A DNA stretch of 64,000 nucleotides from Schizochytrium sp. TIO01 (GCA_004764695.1 SMSO01000037.1:1216747-1280746), one strand, 5' to 3'; numbered from the stretch's first letter, positions 41,918 to 53,375 are shown. A program made the numbers and translations. The notes: generated by a model not told the origin, from the letters alone.

Positions 41918-44900
41918 TCAGCACGGGCGAAGGATTTCGGTTAACTCCGAAAGCATTTTTGCAGGCTCATCAGTTTCTAGCGAGCGGCGATAGGCCTGCT
42001 TCAAGCTTGCATCATCCTTGCGCATTCGAAGTCCTTGTTGACATGTGCGCTGCAACAGCTTCTTGATAACTGCCCAGTGGTAGTCTTCTCCATCTTTTTC
42101 TTGCTCTTCAGCCTTAGCGGTTTGATCAGCAAGTTGTTCAAGAAGTGGAGCACAGTCCAGAAGATAATCAAGCGCGGCACGGCAAAGTCGAAACATGTGG
42201 TTGTTTGATTCGAAGATGAAAAGATGCAAGCGTGCAAGCTCGCAACGAGTCACCAGAGCATCAACTACAGCTTTTTCATGCACTTCCGGGCTGGCGTCTA
42301 TTTGGGAAGCAAACGTCTCGAAACACTCCAAAGAGGTCTGGAATTCGGACACAACTGCCTTCAGAACACGCTCAGAAGCATTGTCGAGAGCAATTGCCTT
42401 TGGCGCACCAGCGGGTCCCTTGTTCAGACGCTGTGCTGTACCAAGTGCATATGCCAGACGGCATCGCGCTGTGAGATACACATCATGAGTTTCTGCAAGC
42501 TGAATTGCAAGCAATAAAGCCTTTTTGCCCTCGTCCTGAGAATTCTGTTTAAATGCCTCGACACCATAGCGTGCCGCGGCAATAGCGCAGTAAATTGTAG
42601 CCTTAGGGCTAAGAGTTAGATTGGATGCAGATGCAGAGTCTATAAGGTTCTGTGCGGCGGCCCATGCGCGACGGTAAGCTTCAAGATCATGAGAACACAA
42701 AGCCTGGCGATTTATTTGCAATCCAAATTTATCATATCGGTCTTGGGCGCGAGCCTGTGCCTCAGCATCGGATACGACACTAAGTAGGGTCTCTGCACTT
42801 ATAAGATCTGCTGCTTCACGCAAGTCAATGCCGCAAAAACTCTCCCACGATAGGCACAAGAGTTCTAGTTGCAGGGTTTCCACACGGTCAATACTTTGCA
42901 AGCTACGGAACATTTGTACACCTTGCTGAAGGTGACGAAAGGCCTTTGTAAAGCGGCCGTGTGCTGCGTAATACTTGGCAAGAGCTAGGTATACCTCAAA
43001 GAGAAGGTCTTTACTGCAGTCGCGGCGGGGTCGTTTTGACACAGATCGCCATAAAAGTTGAGTAACCTGATTCAAGGCCAATTCCATGTCAACATTTCCG
43101 GATGCAATAAGATACACCAGACCAGGCAAAACCGCCAGTGCTTGCGGGATAGGGTGAATGACATCTCGCATAACTTCTTCAAAATATTTTGCCTCGTCTG
43201 CCGAAGTTGATGGCTGCTCCTGTGCCTCTGCTACGTGACCAGAACCCAAACTTGCTCGAACAAACAAGAAAGATACCCAAAACAGCAACACATCCATGTG
43301 ACGTTCTACAGAGGTGGGATCTGCAATGCGACAAGCAAGAAGCGCATATTTGGCTGCTGCAACTGGAGTTTCCAAGTTTGCTAGTCCAAGACGCAAAAGC
43401 GTAGCTGTCATCTCCTCGCGGATTTTGAACTCTGTAAGCGTAAGTGAGTCGCCTTCAACTTGGAAAAGACTTTGACTCTGGTCCTCGTCCTCCTCAATAA
43501 TAGTTTGGCCCTCCGAGGCTGAAGCTCCCCTTTGACGACGAGCTGCCGCAGCGAGAGCGTGAACATCGTGAAGGGCACTCAGGAGGTATTTCATTGCGCT
43601 GGCTAGACATTCTTGTGGAACCTGCATGAACTGTCCGTCGTTATCTGTTGAGGGCTGCAAATACACGTGTGTAGGCAAGGGCAAACGCATGCTAGACGTT
43701 TGCGAGTAGGCCGTAGCGAGCAAGCGTTTCGAAACGACCGATGCAGCAAGGCAGGTGAAGTCTGCCTTTCCAGCAAGGTCGAGAATCTGAATGCTCTGCT
43801 TGAGAAGTCTTATGGCACGGCCCCTATTAGCTTCAGTGCCTTCACCCAGCAATCGGCTAGCAAGACGTTGATAAAGGTTAGCAACAGGGGCTGCAAAGCG
43901 TCGACGAAGGCCTGTTGAAGCCTTAGAACTCGCTTCAGGGGACATCAACTCGAAGAGGCAAACTTCGCTTGAATCCCCTGGACGCTTGAAAAGGTAATAA
44001 GTAGCTCCGTCCTCAGAGCAATTTTCCTTAAGAAAACTAAGAATGCTGCAGGCTCCAGATGCAACCGCTGTAGGAACAAATCCTGTTTCAAAGAGGCCTT
44101 CTCCGGGCTCGCTCGATTGACAGGCACCAGGAAGGCCTTCCTCTAGTACGAGACTTGGTAATGCCTCCGTATCGACAAGTTTATAGCCTTGCACCAGGCC
44201 TTCTTTGTGGATGCATATAGCTGTGCGCTGAGCTCCATTGATTTTGTTATCAAGCCAAAAGTCAAGGCAGACTTGGGACGTCACCTTGTCTGTAGCATCG
44301 TGAAGCTGCAATGTAACATCGCAAGAGTTTTCTTGATCTCTCGCAATCACCAAGTTACTTCCAAGGAGCAGGTTAAAGTCGCCAACACGCCATCGAACAA
44401 CGCGAGCAAACGGAACATCACATTGAGCATTCCCTAATAGAGAGTGATCATCCTCACTCGATGATCGCGTACTTGTAGTGGATGCGACCTCATCATTTAC
44501 ATCGCTCAGAGAGTGTTCGAACTCGTCAACTTTTACAGGCGTAGAGGTTTCTCTAGCGACTGCCACTGCTGCACGAGTGCGTTTTTTCTTTTTCTTGCTG
44601 CTTAACTTAGTGGCAGAGCCTCCTTGCTGTCCGTTTTGCTCATCCTGCGGACTTTCTGCGCGTTTCACAGAGTAAAATAAGAATTTGGATGTGAGCGCAT
44701 CAAGTTGACCCCGCGAAGCACCTGATGGATCATCAACAGTAAGGCCTGCTCCACCAAAGGACCCATCGAGTACGAGGGCATTCCCAACCCTCTGCACAAC
44801 GAGGCTGCATGTCGTACCCACTGGGTCTAAAGACAATTGAAAGACCTTTTTGATATCTTCATCAGAGGCTACCACATCAATCTCAGACTCTTCTCGTAAA

Positions 44901-45373
44901 GACCCACTTTCGCGTTGAAAAGGCCCAAGCAATTCACCTGCTGCAAAATGAAGCTGTTCCTGGATGTCTTTTAGTTCCTGTTGCGTTTGCTGTGCGCTCG
45001 TGGCGTCATGGGGTCGAAAGACAACCATTTCATTCAAATTCTGGTCTGGGTGAAGGCGGGTCAGGTCCTGAAGCTTTGGTCCTCGAAGAATCGAAAGCAG
45101 GGAGGTTGAAGATTTGTCAAACTTGGCTTCCTCGTCTTCGCCATCTTCTGTTATATTCTCGTTTGCCAAAGGTGCTTCATCTATAGCAAAACCCTTGAGC
45201 AAACTAGAAGACGATGCTGAAGTTGATGCTACCGAATGAGATTCTTCTGTTTCTGTTTCACCTCCATTTTCTTTGTCTATGCATTTGCCCTGGTCAGACT
45301 CTGCTTGAGACTCAGCTGTGATTGAGGGTCCAAACCTTGCCAAAGGTTCAAGTTCTGGTGCTCCCGCAAGCAT
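41918..45373 (-). CDS. EDRF1: Erythroid differentiation-related factor 1 (EDRF1)-like protein
   Basis: Motifs DVVASDEDIKKVF, VQRVGNALVLD, FARVVRW...NLLLGSNL, LDFWLDN......AICIHKEGLVQGY and ILSFLKENCSEDGATYYLFK, with a helical/TPR-like C-terminus. Confidence 0.8.
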   Translation of the reverse strand: MLAGAPELEPLARFGPSITAESQAESDQGKCIDKENGGETETEESHSVASTSASSSSLLKGFAIDEAPLANENITEDGEDEEAKFDKSSTSLLSILRGPKLQDLTRLHPDQNLNEMVVFRPHDATSAQQTQQELKDIQEQLHFAAGELLGPFQRESGSLREESEIDVVASDEDIKKVFQLSLDPVGTTCSLVVQRVGNALVLDGSFGGAGLTVDDPSGASRGQLDALTSKFLFYSVKRAESPQDEQNGQQGGSATKLSSKKKKKRTRAAVAVARETSTPVKVDEFEHSLSDVNDEVASTTSTRSSSEDDHSLLGNAQCDVPFARVVRWRVGDFNLLLGSNLVIARDQENSCDVTLQLHDATDKVTSQVCLDFWLDNKINGAQRTAICIHKEGLVQGYKLVDTEALPSLVLEEGLPGACQSSEPGEGLFETGFVPTAVASGACSILSFLKENCSEDGATYYLFKRPGDSSEVCLFELMSPEASSKASTGLRRRFAAPVANLYQRLASRLLGEGTEANRGRAIRLLKQSIQILDLAGKADFTCLAASVVSKRLLATAYSQTSSMRLPLPTHVYLQPSTDNDGQFMQVPQECLASAMKYLLSALHDVHALAAAARRQRGASASEGQTIIEEDEDQSQSLFQVEGDSLTLTEFKIREEMTATLLRLGLANLETPVAAAKYALLACRIADPTSVERHMDVLLFWVSFLFVRASLGSGHVAEAQEQPSTSADEAKYFEEVMRDVIHPIPQALAVLPGLVYLIASGNVDMELALNQVTQLLWRSVSKRPRRDCSKDLLFEVYLALAKYYAAHGRFTKAFRHLQQGVQMFRSLQSIDRVETLQLELLCLSWESFCGIDLREAADLISAETLLSVVSDAEAQARAQDRYDKFGLQINRQALCSHDLEAYRRAWAAAQNLIDSASASNLTLSPKATIYCAIAAARYGVEAFKQNSQDEGKKALLLAIQLAETHDVYLTARCRLAYALGTAQRLNKGPAGAPKAIALDNASERVLKAVVSEFQTSLECFETFASQIDASPEVHEKAVVDALVTRCELARLHLFIFESNNHMFRLCRAALDYLLDCAPLLEQLADQTAKAEEQEKDGEDYHWAVIKKLLQRTCQQGLRMRKDDASLKQAYRRSLETDEPAKMLSELTEILRPC

Positions 45374-45810
45374 CTTTTTCTCGTTTCCCGTTGTCTTCGT
45401 GCTTCTGTGGGCGAAGACAAATCTGCTGTCTCAAGAGACACGTTTGTTTCTTGAACTTTTGAGCAACCCCACTCCCTAAACCTCTCCAAGGTCGCTCTTA
45501 GAGTCTCAATTTGCGTTTCAAGTATGCAATCCCTTCGCGCCTCAAGTCTTTTCCATCGACGTTCTCGAAGCCATCACTCTCAAATATTCGTCTGATTTTA
45601 TCCAACGCAACCCACTTTTAAATGGTGTTTTTCGTTGGATTTTTCATTGGAAATTTTGTTGGAATATTTGTTTGAATCTGAGCTTGGCAAACGATGGTCC
45701 TGAAGAGGCTTGGTAAAGCTCAGGCTGTCTTGGTCTGCGGTGGTGGTGCATGTGCGTTGTGACGGACAGACACACAACCAGACATCCTCTGAGGCAACAA
45801 TTTAGGCAAG

Positions 45811-48477
45811 ATGGCAGGCTCTGCTTCTTCGGATAAGAAGCGTCGCAAGAAGAAGCGGCAGCAGCTGCTGATGGCTGCTGCCGCTGGTCTCGACGATAGC
45901 GACGATGACAATGTCGCTGCAGCTGAGAACGATCTTGCGGCATGGGCTGCGAGATATGATGAAGGCGCACTTTCTGACTTGACAGCACATGTTGCGAAAT
46001 TATCGGTGGAGGAATCCTGCCAGGGCGATGCTGATGTCGATCAAAATAGCAGCGTTTCTGAAGAACCAGCGGCTGCTCTGGAGCCGCAGTGTTGGGTGCT
46101 TCGAGGACTCAGAATTCATGCATCGCAGGCTGCAACGAAACGTGATCATGTGCTTAGAAATCGTGTACTACTTCGTGCTGACGCTATGGCTCAGCTTGCG
46201 ATTTCCCCCGGGGCGCTAGTGACGGTGTACAAGGATCTCGAAATGGGGGCCGGCCAGCAAGAACATATGGACAACGAAAGCTCTGGAAATGTGGTTGCGA
46301 GGAACCAGGAGCGACCAGTAAAAACTCTAGCAGCGGCCTGGCCACTTGCATCTCTTAAACCTGGAGAGATTCAGCTTAGCAAGAGTTTGTGGTCGCTCTT
46401 TGGAGGAGCAAAGACGTGCTCCGTGGAGAGACTTGCCACGGGCGCTGCGCAGTCGTGCACATCCGCTACATTGCGCATGCACACCGCAGACCCCCGAGCC
46501 GCTGCCTCTGTTAAGCAGAGTCTTTATGAACCTTTGGTAAAAGACTATGTGCTTGAGTCGCTTCGAGGAGAATATCTTTCAAAGTACTCAACCTGCGGTT
46601 TGCTTCTAAATGGATACTTTGTGAATCTTACTGTGGAGGCTGTGTACCCCCCTGATTCAGTTGCAGCCTTAGTGACTGAGCACACAAAACTGATTTTAAC
46701 GACGGACAACACCGAAGGAGAAACATCGGAGGTGCTCGTAGATAGTGAGGGAGGTAAACCCGAACTAGAAGATACAAATCAACTGCCTTCAGCTGATAAG
46801 AATGAAGAACATTCTGGCAAAGGTATCAAGACCTTAGTTGGAGGCCTCCAACAACAAGTTGATCAAGTTCTCGAGGTACTTAGTTTGGCTCTCGGTCCTT
46901 CAAGAGCCTCCCTTGATATTCAGGTTCCCCGTGGTGTCTTGCTTCATGGGCCTCCAGGCACAGGTAAAACCCTTATTGCAAGGAGCGCTGCTCATGAGTT
47001 CAATGCCTCGATTCATGTGATCCACGGTGCTGAAGTCATGAGCAATTTCGTTGGTCAAGCAGAGGCGCGCATCAGTGCTATATTTGAGGCCGCTTTCGCC
47101 CAAGCGCCCGCAATTGTTTTCCTCGACGAAATTGATGCACTGTGTCCAGCACGCGGAGAGAACGCTGGAGCCGAGAGTGGCATGGCTGCTGTCCATAATC
47201 GGGTTGTTGGCGTTTTAATGCAACAACTCGACCGTCTTGCATCAGTCGAGGGCGTGGCAGTGATTGCAGCGAGCAACAGACCATCTGTGGTGGATCCTGC
47301 GCTCCGTCGCCCAGGCCGGCTTGACCGAGAAGTAGAAGTTGGTGTTCCAGCCTCAACGGATCGTGCTGACATATTGCGTGTTCACCTGCGCAATTTCCCT
47401 CATGATCTGACTACTGAGGATATGGAGCGTATTGCTGAAGATATGCATGGTTATGTAGGAGCTGATATCATGATGGTATGTCGTGAGGCTGGCTGGCAAG
47501 CATTGCTTCGACATGTCAAGCTCGACGAGCTTGACGCGACCGCAAATGTAGATTCACTCATGCAGGATGTTAAGCTTGAGTATGATGATCTCATGAGTGC
47601 ACGTGCAAAAGTCAAACCCAGTGCTCTTCGCGAGTTTGCTGTGGAGGTGCCAAAGGTCTACTGGACTGATGTTGGTGGTCAAGAGGACGTGAAAATGCTT
47701 CTACGCGAGGCTGTTGAGCCTGAGTTCCATGCCGCATTTGCACGCATGGGAATTCGCCCTCCACAGGGTGTGCTTCTGTATGGACCGCCTGGCTGCTCTA
47801 AAACTCTCTTGGCCAAAGCCATCGCCACTGAATGTAAGATGAACTTCATTGCAATCAAGGGGCCTGAATTATTCAACAAATGGGTTGGTGAGTCTGAACG
47901 TGCTGTTCATGAGGTGTTTCGAAAGGCAAGACTTGCGGAACCAACAGTTGTATTCTTTGATGAAATTGATGCTTTGGCCGGCTCACGTGGAGCTGGTGCT
48001 GATTCTGGATCTGGGGGTGGTGTTGCAGATCGCGTGCTGAGCCAACTTTTAACAGAGATGGACGGTATTGAAGCGCGTAAGCGTGTAATTGTTGTTGCAG
48101 CAACGAATCGACCTGACCTGGTTGATGCGGCACTTCTACGCCCTGGGCGTCTCGATCGTCTTATTCTTGTCCGACCCCCTGACGCTGTGGCTCGTGAGTC
48201 AATCTTACGAATTCACACACGCAAGATGCCGCTGGATGCCGATGTTGATCTCAAAGCGATGGCAGACACACTTACTGATCGATTCACTGGTGCAGAAATT
48301 GGTTCTTTATGCCGTGAAGCTGCTATGCACGCGCTTGAAAGAGATGAGAATGTGCAAACTGTATCGCAAGCTGACTTTGAGGCAGCCGCAGATTTAATTA
48401 CTCCTCAGGTCACCGATGGTATGATTGAATTTTACCTGGATCTTGATCGTCAGCTTAATCGCGGAGTTCCCCAATAA
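45811..48477 (+). CDS. AFG2: AFG2/SPATA5 (Drg1) double-ring AAA+ ATPase, 60S biogenesis
   Basis: D1 has GPPGTGKT, FLDEID and ALRRPGRLDREVE. D2 has GPPGCSKT (characteristic of AFG2), FFDEID and ALLRPGRLD. Confidence 0.88.
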   Translation: MAGSASSDKKRRKKKRQQLLMAAAAGLDDSDDDNVAAAENDLAAWAARYDEGALSDLTAHVAKLSVEESCQGDADVDQNSSVSEEPAAALEPQCWVLRGLRIHASQAATKRDHVLRNRVLLRADAMAQLAISPGALVTVYKDLEMGAGQQEHMDNESSGNVVARNQERPVKTLAAAWPLASLKPGEIQLSKSLWSLFGGAKTCSVERLATGAAQSCTSATLRMHTADPRAAASVKQSLYEPLVKDYVLESLRGEYLSKYSTCGLLLNGYFVNLTVEAVYPPDSVAALVTEHTKLILTTDNTEGETSEVLVDSEGGKPELEDTNQLPSADKNEEHSGKGIKTLVGGLQQQVDQVLEVLSLALGPSRASLDIQVPRGVLLHGPPGTGKTLIARSAAHEFNASIHVIHGAEVMSNFVGQAEARISAIFEAAFAQAPAIVFLDEIDALCPARGENAGAESGMAAVHNRVVGVLMQQLDRLASVEGVAVIAASNRPSVVDPALRRPGRLDREVEVGVPASTDRADILRVHLRNFPHDLTTEDMERIAEDMHGYVGADIMMVCREAGWQALLRHVKLDELDATANVDSLMQDVKLEYDDLMSARAKVKPSALREFAVEVPKVYWTDVGGQEDVKMLLREAVEPEFHAAFARMGIRPPQGVLLYGPPGCSKTLLAKAIATECKMNFIAIKGPELFNKWVGESERAVHEVFRKARLAEPTVVFFDEIDALAGSRGAGADSGSGGGVADRVLSQLLTEMDGIEARKRVIVVAATNRPDLVDAALLRPGRLDRLILVRPPDAVARESILRIHTRKMPLDADVDLKAMADTLTDRFTGAEIGSLCREAAMHALERDENVQTVSQADFEAAADLITPQVTDGMIEFYLDLDRQLNRGVPQ

Positions 48478-49324
48478 AGCTAAACCGGTGGTATCAACGA
48501 ATGCTTGTTGGAAACCATATTTTTATGTTAGATAGTATATACAATATCCATCTCATTTCACTTCATATCATAGCATAACATAACATTTTTTTATTCATTT
48601 TCTCTCTAAAAGTGCTTGATCCAATTTATATTGCGCTCTTGTACCTTCCTCCTTTGGCTTGATCAATCGATTTACAGGTATAACGATATGCTTATAACGT
48701 GGCAGTGCTTTATTTTCAATCATGTGTGGGCAATCAACTTCACATAGCCTCTGACTAGTGAGAGCGACAATCCAAAAAAATTAGGGGAGACGAAGTAGAG
48801 TAGGTACCAGTATCAATAAGAATATACATATTTTATTTCCAAACGCTTTGTTTGGAAAAGTCATATTAGTGACTCAGATGCCCTTCCTTTCAGTACCGCA
48901 CAAGTTATCTCCATGATCAATTTTTTATTTTGCCAAAAACCCTCTTTAAAGTCTACTATATTGAGTCTACTAGCTAATCCTTGAATCCAATGAACGGTTC
49001 AAGGAATTAAGTTTTATGTTCCCCGCATTACCTTGTATATTAGACGAATCGTAACGGCATTTTCTTTATCTCTTTCTTTTTTTTCTTTTTTTCTTTTCCC
49101 TTATCGATTATATGTTATGCAACATTGTTGTTCAAGTAGCCCAATGGAGAGACTTCGGGACAGTTCTGATCGCGCTATAGAGATAGCCAAACTCATATTC
49201 TGCAGAACCGGTTGGCAGCGTGCTGCCTACGTTGACTCAGTCTGCCTAATAAAACTCGATTGTCGTGCAACACGTTCAACTTTGCAGAAAACCAGGAGAG
49301 AAGAGACCTTGGGTCTGCGTCAAT

Positions 49325-51598
49325 ATGTGGAAAGGCGGGCTTCGCACACGGAGTCGCGCGCTCGCAGGAGGCTCTATCGCAGCTTTAGTGTTCTTGACAG
49401 TTATTGACACAACTTTGGCATGCTGTGCCAATAGCTGCTCCGATCATGGATACTGCCAGACCGGCACATGTACATGCAGTTGCTACTCACAGTGGACAGG
49501 CGCAGATTGCTCCCTTCGCCAATGTCCATCAGGTCGACAATGGGTTGGAGACGCAACTGCTACGGATAGCCTACACGAGACGTTAGCTATCTGTTCGAAT
49601 GCTGGATCGTGCAACACTGGAGATGGCACCTGTGATTGTCAAGCAGGTTTTGAGGGTTTGGCCTGCGAACGTATGGCATGTCCTAACAACTGCAACAACC
49701 ATGGACAATGTATGTCTCTTAAGGATGCTGCCAAGACGAAGGATGATTTAAACTTCTTCCGGGAGGTCACGTATGCAACTTCGTGGGAGGCAACACGCAT
49801 TTATGGATGCATGTGTGAACCAGGTTGGTCGGGTTATGACTGTAGCCTCAAAATGTGTCCGAGCGGTGATGATCCAATGACCACTGGTCAGGATGATGAA
49901 GTCCAAGTTATTGAATGCACATGTGAGGACACTTGCTCGGGCGAGTTTTACCTTTCATTCAAAGGCGAAGTGACAGGTCCTATCAGCTTTGATGCCTCGG
50001 AATCTGATATTGAAGCAGCTTTGGGAGAACTTAATCAAATTTATGGTGTTTCGGCGAGTTTTACAGGGGGTACGGCTGTGTGTGATAATGATGGTGTCAG
50101 TACAGAGATTACGTTTACGCACAATCCAGGCGATGTGCCACAGCTTCGCGTCGTACAAAATGACCTCGCCACTACTTCATCAATCGCAACCATTGAAATC
50201 ATACACTCAGGCCAAACAAGTACACAAGGCGTCGTATCTGTGATCGGCACCAAGGAGGATCTCCCATGCAACGGTCGTGGCTCCTGCGACACCTCGTCAG
50301 GTACTTGCACTTGCTACAGCGGATTTAGCTCTTCTGACCGTGCAGGCGCAGCCGGTACAACCGGAGACTGTGGTTACAGCGACGGAACAGTCAGCACTTG
50401 TCCTGGTACAACGTCATGCACAGGTCATGGCACTTGCAGCGGCTTGAGCGAGTATACTTGTACATGTCATGAGGGTTATACTGGTGCCAATTGCGCTTCT
50501 AAAATTTGTCCTAAGGGAAAGGCATGGTTTGCGGAAGCTGGTGTAAGCTTGCCTGGATATGTTACTGTTGCGAATGCCGCGACAGCTGTAACAACAACAG
50601 ATGACGTTCGTGATTACCTAATGCGAGGAGATACGTTGGTGATTAATGGTGAAATTTTAACGGTGTCTACATCAACGAGTGATACATTCGATGGGACAAC
50701 AATACCATTGGCAAGCGCATATGGGGGGTCAAGTGTAACATATGCAGAAGCCTATGCAAGGCCTGAGACAGTGCATCATCGTAACACAGAATGCTCATCT
50801 CGTGGTATTTGCGACACCACTTTGGGTACATGTTCATGCCAGGACGGTTTTACAGGTAGCGCTTGTCAACATACCGTTTGTCCCAACTCCTGTTCTGGTT
50901 ACGGTATATGCATATCAAATGCTCGATTTGCTGAAGAGACTTTAGATAATGGCGATGATACATCTTACACGTATGGAACCGACCCTAGTAATCTTGATGC
51001 CTGGGATGCTGACATGATCTTTGGATGCAAGTGTGATAAAGCTTTATTGTATGACTATGGTATGTATGATGCAGGTGGACATGATTGCTCAGATCTCTAT
51101 TGCCCTACCGGCGACGACCCTTCTACCTCAGGTGAATCTGAAGAACAAACGGTCACATGCGATGCCACTGGTGGATCCTTTACATTGACCTTTCGACGTG
51201 AAACAACAGGTGATATTGATTATGATGCAACTGAAGAGGAGGTTAAAAGTGCTCTAGAGGCTCTTTCGACGATTGGTGCTGTATCAGTCGAGTTTAGTAG
51301 TGGGTCTGCTGCCTGTGCAAGTGGAGGTATTGATATTGTGATAACCTTTCTTACCGAATTAGGGGACTTACCACTTCTTACAGCAACGAGTTCATTAACT
51401 GGAGGTGCAGCTACTGTTGTCCCTGATGAGACTACTGCGGGTACTCGAGAGAATGTAGAGTGCTCTGCACATGGCTTATGTGACAGAAGCTCGGGAGCTT
51501 GCGACTGCTTCACAGGTTATGTATCTTCTGATGGTTTAGGGAATGCTGGAGATCGCTCTGATTGTGGAGCTCGCGATGCACTGTATGTTAAAAGCTAA
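49325..51598 (+). CDS. Secreted EGF-like Cys-rich protein of the stramenopile tubular mastigoneme family (Sig1/Ocm1-like)
   Basis: Hydrophobic signal-like N-terminus and repeated tenascin-type EGF units. Motifs WE/DA..I.GC.C, YDCSL..CP.GDDP, F.L.F.GE.T..I.FDA, ITF....GD.P.L and GT.E...C...G.CD occur as two tandem halves. First ATG is at 49325. Confidence 0.78.
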   Translation: MWKGGLRTRSRALAGGSIAALVFLTVIDTTLACCANSCSDHGYCQTGTCTCSCYSQWTGADCSLRQCPSGRQWVGDATATDSLHETLAICSNAGSCNTGDGTCDCQAGFEGLACERMACPNNCNNHGQCMSLKDAAKTKDDLNFFREVTYATSWEATRIYGCMCEPGWSGYDCSLKMCPSGDDPMTTGQDDEVQVIECTCEDTCSGEFYLSFKGEVTGPISFDASESDIEAALGELNQIYGVSASFTGGTAVCDNDGVSTEITFTHNPGDVPQLRVVQNDLATTSSIATIEIIHSGQTSTQGVVSVIGTKEDLPCNGRGSCDTSSGTCTCYSGFSSSDRAGAAGTTGDCGYSDGTVSTCPGTTSCTGHGTCSGLSEYTCTCHEGYTGANCASKICPKGKAWFAEAGVSLPGYVTVANAATAVTTTDDVRDYLMRGDTLVINGEILTVSTSTSDTFDGTTIPLASAYGGSSVTYAEAYARPETVHHRNTECSSRGICDTTLGTCSCQDGFTGSACQHTVCPNSCSGYGICISNARFAEETLDNGDDTSYTYGTDPSNLDAWDADMIFGCKCDKALLYDYGMYDAGGHDCSDLYCPTGDDPSTSGESEEQTVTCDATGGSFTLTFRRETTGDIDYDATEEEVKSALEALSTIGAVSVEFSSGSAACASGGIDIVITFLTELGDLPLLTATSSLTGGAATVVPDETTAGTRENVECSAHGLCDRSSGACDCFTGYVSSDGLGNAGDRSDCGARDALYVKS

Positions 51599-52944
51599 AT
51601 TAGCCTGAAAAAAAATAGTGTATCTCTCCCAGTTAGCTCATATCCAGCTTTCGTGCGTAACATTCTATTCAATAAAGTAGTACTATATCTAATTTTCTAT
51701 GTTTTAAAACTGTACGTTGATATGAGTATACCACTATCCAATGAGTGATTGTCTGGGCTTGAGGTTATTATCTAAGTAGAAAGATTTTATCTTATTACCT
51801 CTGACTAATAAGAGTGACTATCAAATACGCTTCAGACGTTTTGCAGAGCTCTCACCATGAATTTGTTTCGGTTCCGTCTGACTACTTGACCACACGATTT
51901 GAGCTAAATTGCTTTGATTCGAGGTTTACCCCAAGGAAAAGTATTGATCACGAGTGGGAATATTTTTCATATTTGATGTGTTGTACTACTGGTTGCAAGC
52001 AACTTAAATATTCCGAAGATTGAACCAGTTCGCTCTTATTCCGAGTTTACCATACAAAGGCAAATCAACAACAGAACATCATCTTAAAATGAAAGATACT
52101 GTGATTATTAACTCTTTCTTCTTCACAACATGTGCTGCTAACCTTTATATGAACATACAAATGAGCTACAAACCTATATACTTTCTGTTAATACAGGATC
52201 TTGCGCGCATCCAGAGCCCAGCTCAAGCTTTCCTCAGTCTTGTGTACCTTCTTCTACTAGGAGACCGCTTCTACCTATTTTGAACAAAAAACAGAAAATA
52301 CTTTTTTCTCAACACATCCGAGTCCTCGTATACAAAGAAGACGGCTTTGACTTGAAAGAAAATAATGATCAATAAACGAAGCTGCACATGAAGAGAAAAC
52401 GTCGATGCGCAACGCCCACATAGGTAATTTTTTCCACCTTCGCAGGACTTCTATAGCAATCCTCGCTCTATTCATCCACTGATATTTATTGTTAAGCCCT
52501 CCGATGGATGTGCATTCTTGCTCACAGACACAAGAAGGCGGTGCGGCAATAAACGTTCATACTACACCCTTTAGACATAAAGAGAGGTGTGTATAGAAGG
52601 GTAGCATGGGCGGCCCTGTGCACTAGTTAGACTGATGGGAAAAGTGCAAATGTACATAAATGCAAATAGGAGTTCTTACTAAAGTCTTACTAACACTGAA
52701 AAGTTAAGAAACAGTAGTTGTCTATTTACTTTTGAAGGCAGTGCACCAATTCTCTCATAATCCGCAAGCCAAAAGCTCTCGAGCCTCTAGAAAGCTGTGC
52801 CTAACCTGTGCAAATCTAAGTCCCTTGAGAAGTTGCTGCTGCCTCTGCGCCTAGGTGCAGCCTTTCGCCTCTCTGGCTTTGAGGACCCTTTCAGTCCTCA
52901 GTGTTTCACAAAGTAGACACAGTGGACCGAACAATCGATCTTTT

Positions 52945-52978
52945 ATCGATCAATCAATCAATCAAACAAACAAACAAT
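52945..52978. repeat. Compound (ATCA)n(AACA)n simple repeat
   Basis: Sequence atcgatcaatcaatcaatcaaacaaacaaacaat. Confidence 0.6.
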
Positions 52979-53139
52979 CCACCGGAATCCATCTGCGAGA
53001 CCTCGAGCGCCAGAGACTGAAAGCTTTAACAGCGGACTGAAGGCAGGTCTCCTGCAAAGCAATTTAAAGCTAGTGGTGGGGATTTCTCGGTCCTCAGGAT
53101 ATCTCGCACGCGTGTATCTTGAGAGGCCCAAGTCACCTT

Positions 53140-53375
53140 CACGTGCCAATCCGTCTATTTCTTAATCAAATCGATTTCAATCCACTGGTGGGCACGTGCG
53201 AGCGAGGGAGTCTGGACAAGGCCGGAGCCAGCTCACGCGAGGCTAAAGTGGCCATAAGAAACTTCAGAGAAAGGTCCACTGTGTTGTGGTGGCCAAACTG
53301 CTGTAACAATCCCTCAAACTTGCTAGACCTTGGTCTTCATTTGTCAAGGTCTTGGTTGTTGGACCTCGGCACGTG
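53140..53375. promoter_or_regulatory. Cluster of three CACGTG (G-box/E-box) sites upstream of the Cys3His-repeat gene
   Basis: CACGTG occurs at 53140, 53193 and 53370; a regulatory role is inferred only. Confidence 0.3.
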
